A program made the position numbers and the translations under genes. Positions 54,211-64,000 of a DNA stretch of 64,000 nucleotides are shown piece after piece. The notes beneath the pieces are model-generated. The model made no database searches. It worked only from the letters and a program-made list of their open reading frames with translations, and was not told the origin of the DNA. The first letter of the stretch is position 1; each line of letters opens with the position of its first letter. This DNA comes from Octopus vulgaris (lineage: Eukaryota). The DNA lies in contig OX597816.1 in assembly GCA_951406725.2 (NCBI GenBank), forward strand, positions 74,090,001 through 74,154,000. Reading direction: 5' to 3'.

Positions 54211-55692
54211 CTGCAAACAATAAGGAAAGAAAAACTTGGAGAAAGACTTTCAAACTGTTCTGGAGTCATTGGTGAGGATTAAATCAGAGGGTGTTGGGCA
54301 TTTAGCTGAGGTTTGCATATAATATACATCTTTTATTGTTTACTTGTTTCAGTCATTTGACTGTGGCCAAGCCGGAGCACTGCCTTTAGTCGAACACGTC
54401 AATCCCAGGACTTATTCTTTGTAAGTCTAGTACTTATTTTATTGGTCTCTTTTGCCAAACCGCTTAGTGACTGGGACATAAACACACCAACATCAGTTGT
54501 CAAGCGATGGTGGGGGGACAAACACACACATATATACGATGGGCTTCTTTCAGTTTCCATCTACCAAATCCACACATAAGGCTGTAATCAAGCCGAAGCT
54601 ATAGTAGAAGACACTTGCCCAAGGTAACACGCAGTGGGACTGAACCTGGAACCATGTGGTTGGAAAGCAAGCTACTTTCCACACAGCCACTCCTGCACCT
54701 ATATGGTAACAATAACAACAATGTTGGTTGAAGTTTATGTGATGGTACGTGGCCTTGTGGTTGGGGTGTTGAGCTCACAATCACAAGGTTGTAGGTTCAA
54801 TTCCAAGACCAGATGAGGTATTGTATCTTTGAGCAAGTCACTTCATTTCAAATTGCTCCAATCTGCTCGGGTGAGAAGGAGCAGCAGCCAAGTACAAGAT
54901 CAGCTCTCTCTCTACCTGTATTCCCCATCATTTAACATCCATTTGCGGTGCTGGTGGCCATGTAGAAAGCATCCAGTATATTCTAAAGTGGTTGGCATAA
55001 AGAAGGGCATCTAGATGTAAAACCAAACCAAAACAGACTACGGAACCTGGCACAGCCCCTGGCCTTGCCAGTGCCTATCAAACTGTCTAACCCATGCCAG
55101 GATGGGAAATGGATGTTAAATGATGGTGATGATGAAGATGATTCCCTGCTGGCATGGGATGGAAAGTTTGATAGGATCCAATGGATCCAAGGACTGAATC
55201 ATATTCCAGTGTCTGTTTGGCAATGGTTTCTATGGTTTGATGCCCTTCCTAACATAACCTTTTTACAACATGTATTGGGTGCGTTTTTCGTGCCCCCTCT
55301 ACTATTGAGATGACCTGCAGCTCATAGAACTACAAACCCTAAGGGTGGGGGAATCAGCTTCACGTTAGTAGATGAGGGGATTAGAATATGAGAAGCAGGA
55401 AGCAGTGCAAGTTCTTGCAGGGGATCTGTATGGCTATGTGAAAGATAGAAATATTAGCGTGGTCACTACTCTCACAGCCTACTAACCTGCCTAATATTGC
55501 GTACTACCAACAACAATTGAATGACCAAACCCACTAAAATTTTTGGAATCACAGACCACCATATTGATTCTTGGATTCCAGATTAAATCCTGGTTCTATA
55601 AGGATCGGGATTAAATTGCTTTCATCAAGTGGAAACCACAAATGAAGAGAAAAGAGAAAGTAGATAAAGACCCAATGAAGAGTTCATCTTAC

Positions 55693-55868
55693 CTCCAGCC
55701 ACATTGATGAAGTCTTTGCCAGTTGATTTATATACTTCAATGTAACGTTGGCCAATGTGGTGTTTGTGTCTCTTCATTGCAAGATCTCGATGTTCTTCAC
55801 TTTCAAACCAAATCAAAGCTTCTCCATTTCGCCGACCTTGTTGACTAAGACAAAGTGCCACACCGCCT
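55693..55868 (-). CDS. ESRP: ESRP exon B (qRRM1 C-terminal half)
   Basis: tgtag|AGGC...GCTGGAG|gtaag; 176 nt; [58 protein letters not shown]; frame continuous with exon A. Confidence 0.96.
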
Positions 55869-55903
55869 CTACATAAGGAAAACAAATGATAATAATAATA
55901 ATG

Positions 55904-55948
<45 letters not shown>

Positions 55949-57353
55949 TTCCTTTCTACTATATGCACAAGGCCTACAATTTGGGGGAAGGGGGTCAGTC
56001 GATCACATTGACCCCAGTGTTTTACTGGTACCTAATTTATTGACCCTGAAAGGCAAAGTCAACCTTGGCGGAATTTGAACACAGAATGTAGCAACAGGCG
56101 AAATGCCATAAAGCATTTCATCCAGTGTGCTAATGATTCTGCCAGCTTGCCGCCTTTAATAATAAAAGTAATTTTTAAAAATATTTTTAGTAAAATATCT
56201 AAGATAAAATTTAAAATAATAATAAATAAAAAGTAAAACAAAAAGTAAAAAGTGATAGCATGTTGTCAACTTAATGTGACAGTCCCATGAAAGGGAAGAA
56301 TGCTACTGTCATTTAGCCCTAGGAAACACCGTTTCCTGTTGGACTTGACATATTTCCTGTGTCCTTATGTGTCAAGTTCAATGTGAAATGTGTCAAGTCC
56401 AACAGGAAATAGTGCTTCCTAGGGCTAAATAACAGTAGCATTCTTCCTTTTATGGGACTGTCACACTAAGTTGACAACATACTATCACTTTATCATGCTG
56501 CTACTGCATAAATCTCTCTGAGAGATTTAGAAATGTATTATTTCTATTGTCAAAAAGTAAAAAGATAAAATGATAAAAATGTGATTATAAAAATGATATG
56601 GTGAGTGTAAATAGCTCGTTGTTGTAAATATGTAATTATTTATACTCTTCTTTTATGATGTGATATCTATTCTTGTTGCTGTCTTCCCAGTTTTGTGCCA
56701 CCTGACTGGCTCCCGTGTCAGTGACAAGTAAAAAGCACCATTCAAGCGTGGTTGATGCCAGTGCCACCAGTCTAGTTCCCATGCCGGTGGCATGTAAAAA
56801 GCACCATTTGAGCGTGTTCAATGCCAGTGCCACCTGACTGGCCCTCGTGCTGGTGGCACAAGCTGTAGAAACATTCAGCAGTAGAAACCTTGCCTAATCA
56901 GACTGGAGCCTGGTGCAGCCTTCTGGCTTAGCAGTCGTCAGACACAACCATCCAACCCATGCCAGCATGGAAAACGGATGTTAAACAATGATGAGTTTCA
57001 TGAAGAACAAAAATAAAGAAATAAAAGAAATCATCATCATCATCGTTCAATGTCCACTTTTCCATACTTGCATGGGTCCAATGGAATTTGTTGAGGCAGA
57101 TTTTATACAACCAGATACCTTTCCTCTCAACCACCCTCATCTGTTTCTAGGTAAGATAATATTTCCTTGTAGTCAGACATGATTTTTCAGAAACAACATT
57201 GCTTGTATGATGGTGATGCTCATTTACAATGATCATATGATGTCAAAACAAGGGTATACAGACACAAACACACACACAAACATATATACAAACACACGCA
57301 CAAATATTCATATACACGCACACATATACAAGCACACACACACACACACAAGC

Positions 57354-57386
<33 letters not shown>

Positions 57387-57635
57387 AACATAGATACACA
57401 CACACACAAACACACACACACATATATACACACATACTCATGACAGGCTTCTGTTAGTTTCCATCTACCAAATAAGGTTTTGGCTGACCGAGGGCTATAA
57501 TAGAAGGCACTTTGCAGCAGGACTTAGCTTGGGACTACACAGCCATGCCAGCCCCTTTGGAGCCACATCTGCAACTTTGGCCACAACAGTGGGAAAAGTC
57601 ATCTATGAACATGAGAAATGACGAACAGTTCTTAC

Positions 57636-57746
57636 CGCATGATATTGAGTCCTTTAAAAAATCTGGCAATGTCTTGATCGGATGACTGCCATGGTAGACC
57701 TCGAGCTCTTACAACTGTATTATCATCAACACGTTCATTCTTACTG
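57636..57746 (-). CDS. ESRP: ESRP/fusilli coding exon A (start of qRRM1); most 5' exon found in window
   Basis: ttccttggcag|CAGTAAG...ATCATGCG|gtaag; 111 nt, phase 2/2; translates [36 protein letters not shown], nearly identical to the ESRP1/2 [29 protein letters not shown] motif. Tandem CAGCAG acceptor. Confidence 0.96.
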
Positions 57747-57932
57747 CTGCCAAGGAAGAACAAGGAGAAAAACAAACAAGAAAAAAGAAACAGTGATAAA
57801 GTAAAACCATAAATTGTTCAGGTCAATCAAAGTGCACATTCAGGAAAAACAGGATGGTATATTGTGGGACATAAAAAAATATTAAAAAATTTTTATAAAA
57901 ATAAATCTAAACAAAGTTAGGCGTGCCAATAG

Positions 57933-57972
<40 letters not shown>

Positions 57973-60900
57973 TAATATCAGGGTAATAAAGATTTTAAAA
58001 TTTTTTGCTACCTGTGGCCTAGTGTGTAGCAAAATTAGTCAATAGATTAATATATATATATATACGTGTGTGTGTGTGTGTGTCAAGGTTATTCAGTCAC
58101 TGTAGTCAAATCCATCATGTGACTTTTAGAAGCCCTCTGCAACTTTTTTTTTCATGGCCCCATCCTTTCAATCAAAATTCATAATCTACACACCTTTTAT
58201 TCATAGTTGTACTTTACTTTAGTCTATCTGAAGTTCAATATTTCATGTTATCCTAAAGAACATCTTTGAAAGTACAAATTTCAATAAGTAAAATTTTCAG
58301 ATATGAATAAAAGAGCATTTTTATAATTCAGGCAACTTTCAAAGACAAACACGGCGCACTTTTCACTTTGCGAAATCATTGATCCATTCAGAATAATCAA
58401 ATAGATATCATTGACAATCCACAAAGTCTGGTACCCGTTTGTAGTACAAGGTAATATTTTTACAAGAACTTTTGCAGGTGCAATGTATTACAATTTTATT
58501 TCTTGAAATTTTCAGTTAACATAGTTTAATTCTTGTTCAACATCTTAACCAAAGCAAATAGATGACTCGTCTACATACTTTGATCTTAACATGGACCCCT
58601 CAACGGCAGGGGTTGCAGGGTCTTAGCGACGGCCCGGACTGTACTCGTAGTGTGTCACTAAGAACACAGTGAACTGAATGGCCTCATTTCAATTCAGATT
58701 GCTACTGCTGTAATCTTCAGTGTCGCTAGTAAATCCACAGGTTTTCATATCTATCTTACAACATTAAGCTCCAAACAAGATAACAAAGGCTACTTCTGTG
58801 TGAAATGGTCATTAAATTTCTTCAAATCAGTTTCTGTTGTGTTAAAATAGGAAGGCTGGGATACAAGGCTTTTTGACCATAGGTCTGCTCAATCAGTATT
58901 GGCCTGGGGCTAAACAGTAACAGCGATAACAACAATACTCTCTTCTTCCCATGGCTTGAGGCAGAAGAGGAAGGAGATCTCCCAGAACTATATTTGATGG
59001 TTTTAAACAAAGTGGTGGAAGATACTTTATAATTCCTTCTAATTTTGGCAACAGTTTTGAGGGGAGGGGAAAGTCAATTTCTTTGACCCATTTCTCAACT
59101 GATACTTATTATTACCGACCCTGAAAGGCTGAAAGGAAAATTCAGCCTTAGTGGAATTTGAACTCAGAACATGCTGGCATCATGTAAAAAGTACTCAGTA
59201 CACTGTAAAATGGTTGGCATCAGGAAGGGCATCCAGCTGTACAAAACATGCCAGAACAGATAACTGGAGCCTGGACAGCTCTGCAGCTGGCCAGATCCTG
59301 TCAAACTGTCTAATCCATACCAGAAAAGAAAATGGATGTTAAATGTTGATGATGAAGCATGAAAAAATGTTGCTAAGCATTTTCTCTGGCAACCAAACCT
59401 TTTGGCATTCAGGTTACCCTGTTAACTCTAAAGCTTATTCAGTCACTTTGTTTTAAATGAATCCTGCATTGTTTTGTAGCTTCAAGATTTCAATCATGTG
59501 ACTGTATATTTTTGGAATGACATTGTAGGGTAGGTGTGAGAGGCTGGATGTGGCTGGTTTGACCACAAAACAGGTTGAATATTTGGGAACAGAAATTGGC
59601 TGGTTTAAATGGTAAAAGGTTAAAACTGTAAAGAAACAATGAAGCCATGAGAAGGGAGACTAGAAATTATGAATCTAAGTAACTAACAATACATACCACT
59701 GCCACCACCACCACCACCACCATCCCAAGCAATGTGGCTCTGACAATAGACACCACCACCACAGTCTCATACAATGAGACTCTAACAATGTACACCCCAC
59801 CTACATCTTATACAAGAGAACTTCAATACAAAACCACCATCGCCACCCCTGCTCCCTCCACCTCATTTAGTGGGGCTTTGACAATTGTATATGTATATTT
59901 CCCATACTGTATACCACAATTAATTATGTATTATATATCAGAGGTGCAGTGAGACTGAGAGGTTAAGAAGTTCACTTCACAATCACAAGATTGTGGGTTC
60001 AATCTCACTGCATGATGTGTTCAGTAAATGTCATCTTCTATAGCCTTGGGTTGACCCAAATCTGGTGAGTGGAACTAAGTAGATGGAAACTGTATTGAAG
60101 CCCTTTGGGTGGGCTGTACCACTAACTCAAAAAGTACAACCTTGTCATGTCACACTGTGCCATGCTGAATTTATCTGAGAATTTTGTTAATTATCATTTA
60201 ACATCTATTTTCCATGCTGGCATGGGTTGGACGGTTTTTGACAGGTGCTGACAAAACAGTGGGCTGCACCAGGCCTCATTGTTTGCTTGGATGTTCTTTA
60301 CATTGACCACTTTACAGAGTGTACTGGGTGAATTGTTTGTGCCGCCTGCACTAGTGAGATTACCATAATAATAACGACAATAACAATAATAATGATAATA
60401 ATCATCCTCATCATCACTTAATGTCTGTTGTCCATGCTGGCATGGGCTGGACAGTGTGACCAGAGCTGGCAAGCAGGGAGGCTGCATTAAACTCTAGTCT
60501 GATTTGGCATGGTTTCTATGGCTGGATGCCCTTCCTAATCCCAACGACTTTATAGAGGGTGCTGGGTGCTTTTATGTGGCACTACATAGGCAATTTTATG
60601 TGTCGTCGTACAGGCAATAATTTTTCCTCCTACAGACACAAGGCCTGAAGTTTTGAGGGAGGGGGCATAGTCGATTACATCAACCCCAAGGTTCAACTGG
60701 TGCATACTTTATCAACCCCAAAAGGATAATAATAATAATAATAGCAACAACGATAACATTGAATAATATCTCCCATGATTCTTTTTAATTTAGGCACAAG
60801 ACCAGCAAGTTTGAGTGGTGGAGGTAGTGAATTACATCGACCTCTCTCTCCCAAGTGCATGACTGGTATTTATTTCATTGACCTGAAAAGTATGTAAGGC

Positions 60901-61335
60901 AAAATTGACCTTGGTAGAATTTGAACTCAAAACATAAAACCAGAAGAAATACCACTAAACATTTTGTCTGGTGTGCTAACAATTCTGCCAGCTAAAATAA
61001 TGGTAAGATTAATAACAATGGCTTCTGATTTAAGAATAAGACCAACAATTTTAAGGGGAGGGGCACAAGTCGATATCCTTGACCTCTGTACTTGACTGGT
61101 GTTTTATTTTACCCAGCGGAGGGGGGGGGGTGAAAAACAAAGCCAACCTCGGCATCAAAATAATTCATAATAAAAATAACAAAACTAAATAGTTAAAAAT
61201 AAACTAACAAATAATAATAATAATAATAATAATAACAACACTGATAATAACGATGATGATGATGATGATAATCACTGCCTGTCATGCTATGAAACAAGAT
61301 AAGGTATTTTGCTTAAAAAAATATATATGTACATG

Positions 61336-61382
<47 letters not shown>

Positions 61383-61599
61383 GTGTGTGTGTGTTTTAAA
61401 TGAGGCAAACATGTTTATTTAGCTTAGTAATGCTAACTGATAAGATGTAAATATTATTTGATAAGATTTTACCATCAGTGGTTGAAGATAGAGTGAACAG
61501 GATGATATTGTCAGAGTGGGCCCTCTGATGCACACACACACACACACACACAGCTATGCAAATATATATATATATATAACTTTGATCACTTTGATAGGT

Positions 61600-61800
61600 T
61601 TCAGGGGGCACCAAAACCCAGTCTAGCAAAGAGTTATTATTGTTGGAGACATGTCTGGGTGAAGGAAGTTGGTCCAGGATTTTTTGAAGAACTTTGTCTA
61701 GTAAACATTTGAAGTTTAGGGGATCCATTTCCATTTTGCCATATCTTGGTATAATATTAAAGAGAGCTGGAGTGGTTGAGGTAAAGTAATTGTGACATTA
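61600..61800 (-). mobile_element. CR1/Jockey-like LINE 3' remnant
   Basis: YFTSTTPALFNIIP...FKCLLDKVLQKILDQLP...NSLLDW. Confidence 0.55.
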
Positions 61801-62016
61801 TGTTGCTATGTGTCCTGAGTTCAATTTTTGTTGTGGGCAGATAGCATGGGGGCCAAGTCTTGGGTAGATTTTAAAATTGATGCCAACATCATTTGTGTAA
61901 TATGTATGTATATATATATAAAATATATATATATATAAAATATATATATATATATGTGTATATATATATGTGTGTGTATATATATATGTATATATATATA
62001 TATATATATGTATATG

Positions 62017-62325
62017 TGGAGGTGCAATGTCCCAGTGGTTAGGGCAGCAAACTCGTAGTTGTAGGATCGCAGTTTCAATTCCCAGACCGGGCATTGTAAG
62101 TGTTTATTGAGCGAAAAGATCTATAGCCCCAAGAGGCTCCAGCAGGGAGTGGTGGTAATCCCTGCTGTACTCTTTCGCCGCAACTTTCTCTCACTATTTC
62201 TTCTGTCGGCCTGCTCGCTTAGCTAACAGGGTGGCGCCATTTGAAGGCTAAAACAATGAGAAGCGCATTGTGACCAGCGATGTGTAGCAACATCTGATAG
62301 CCTGGTTGGTCACATGATCACGTGA
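62017..62325 (+). mobile_element. tRNA-headed SINE, third family
   Basis: GGAGGTGCAATGTCCCAGTGGTTAGGGCAGC...GTTTCAATTCCC; related reverse copy at 1741-2110. Confidence 0.7.
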
Positions 62326-62449
62326 TATGTATATGTATGGTTATATGAAGCTGGTATAGGGTACAGCCATGAACTCACTTTATTTGTCAGGTCTTCGCAG
62401 TCACAGCATATCTCCAGAGGTCTTGGTCTTTCGTCATTGCCTCTGTGCA

Positions 62450-62655
62450 TCATCTTTTAGGATGATTATGCACCAATTCACACAGCTAAATTTGTTACTG
62501 AATGGCACAAGGAATGTTCTAGTGAAGCTGAACATCTTATCAGGCCACCACAGTCCCCAGATTTCAATAGTATTGAACGTTTATGGTGCATTTTAGAAAA
62601 GCAAGTGAGGAGTCGATATCCTCCCCCATCATCACTGCAAGAACTAGAGACAATT
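62450..62655 (+). mobile_element. Tc1 transposase fragment
   Basis: DDYAPIHTAKFVTEW...PPQSPDFNSIERLWCILEKQV (DNAPxH / WPxxSPDLNPIE motifs). Confidence 0.75.
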
Positions 62656-64000
62656 CAAACTTTGTAGAATTCAAGCTGAATTTACTGCTAAAGGTGGTTC
62701 TACCCCATATTAAAATAAATATAGAACTTAAATATAGAATTGTAAAATACTTCAAGGCAGTGCTCCAGCATGGCTGGAGTCAAATGCCTGAAGCAAGTGA
62801 AAGATAAAAAATGTATATATGCACATACATGCATATACATATCAATATATATGTACATATATATATATCACCTTCATCATTTAATGTATGTTGCCCATAC
62901 TGGCATGAGCTGAGCAGTTTGACAAGGGCTGGTAAGGTGGAAGGCTGCACCAGATTCCGGTCTGATTTGGCAGGGTTTCTATGGCTGGATGCCCTTCCTA
63001 ATGCCAACCACTCCAAGAGTGCAATGTGTGCTTTTACGTGCCAATTTGTGTGACACAAGTATCTGCCATAACTATGATTTTGCTTGCCTTGATGGGTCTT
63101 CTCAAGCATGACATAATGCCAAAGGTCTTGTTCATTGCTGCCCTGAGGCCCAATACTCAAAAGGAACTCAGCCACTTCGCCTCTGACCCATGCCAGCATG
63201 GAAAGCAAACATTAAACGATGATGATGAACTATACATATGTGTGTGTTTAGGTCTTTGTGTTTGTCCCCATCACTGCTTGATAACCAGTGTTGGTTTGTT
63301 TACATCTTCATAACTTAGCAGCTCAACAAAAGAGAACCAATAGAATGAATACCAGGTTTAAACAAAAAGTACTGGGATGGGGGAAGGTGATTTGTTTGAC
63401 TAAACCCTTTAAGGTGGTACCCCAGCATGGCCACAATCTAATGAATGAAACAAGCAAAAGATAAAAGACGATAAACTATGGTACCACTGATTGGGTACTG
63501 GTGTTTATGTGAACAGAAACAGCTGTAGTGACTTAAGGGAGATGGGGGTAGAGCAAGGGAGGGTAACAGACAGGGGGTGGATAGGGTGCGGGGGAGGGGG
63601 GGGCAGAAGCTATCAGTGGTGCAATGGTTGTGAAATATTGGTGGTTGCTAGATTATCTCGTCAGCTGTTTTATTGTCAACTCAGTCAACAATGTGTAAGC
63701 GTGTGTATGAATATGTGAGCGTGTGTAAGTGTTTGTGCAAGTGTGTGTGAGTCTGAAAGTGTTTGACTATGTTTATGCTTGTGTGCATATAAGTATGTGT
63801 GTGTGTTCATGTGCTGGTTTTAGGCTTAAGACTGTGGCCATGCTGTAGCACTGTGTATGAGGATGTTATTGATTATGTTACTTCCATTATTTATATTATT
63901 GATCTTCTTTGATTGATAAAGTTATCGTTTATTTAAAGTCATGGCTGGTACCCTACAATCTTTCCCTCTCTTCCCTCTCTCTCATAAATGCACACATTTA

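Noticed and set aside
57747-64000. Search for upstream ESRP exons (DnaQ-like domain)
   Set aside because: No convincing exon with ESRP similarity found; probably beyond the window, though a small exon could be missed.

Overview
AT-rich, microsatellite- and SINE-dense eukaryotic DNA. The repeat families look like an octopus (coleoid cephalopod) genome, which is an inference from repeat content. The only host gene is the 3' two-thirds of an ESRP/fusilli splicing-regulator gene on the minus strand: 8 GT-AG exons from 57746 down to the stop at 23201. They splice in frame into about 500 aa with four quasi-RRMs; I found no further 5' exon, so these probably lie beyond 64000. The rest is a Tc1-type transposon relic, MITEs, RTE/CR1 LINE fragments, tRNA-derived SINEs and many fold-back (inverted) repeats. 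Highlights: (1) a candidate 51-nt poison exon followed by a UGG-rich tract, suggesting ESRP autoregulation by NMD; (2) a candidate 24-nt in-frame microexon inside qRRM4 with downstream Rbfox/MBNL motifs; (3) a degenerate qRRM3 but a complete qRRM4; (4) several fold-back repeat families carrying minimal Penelope-type hammerhead ribozyme motifs, one of them with a tRNA-like Pol III head.
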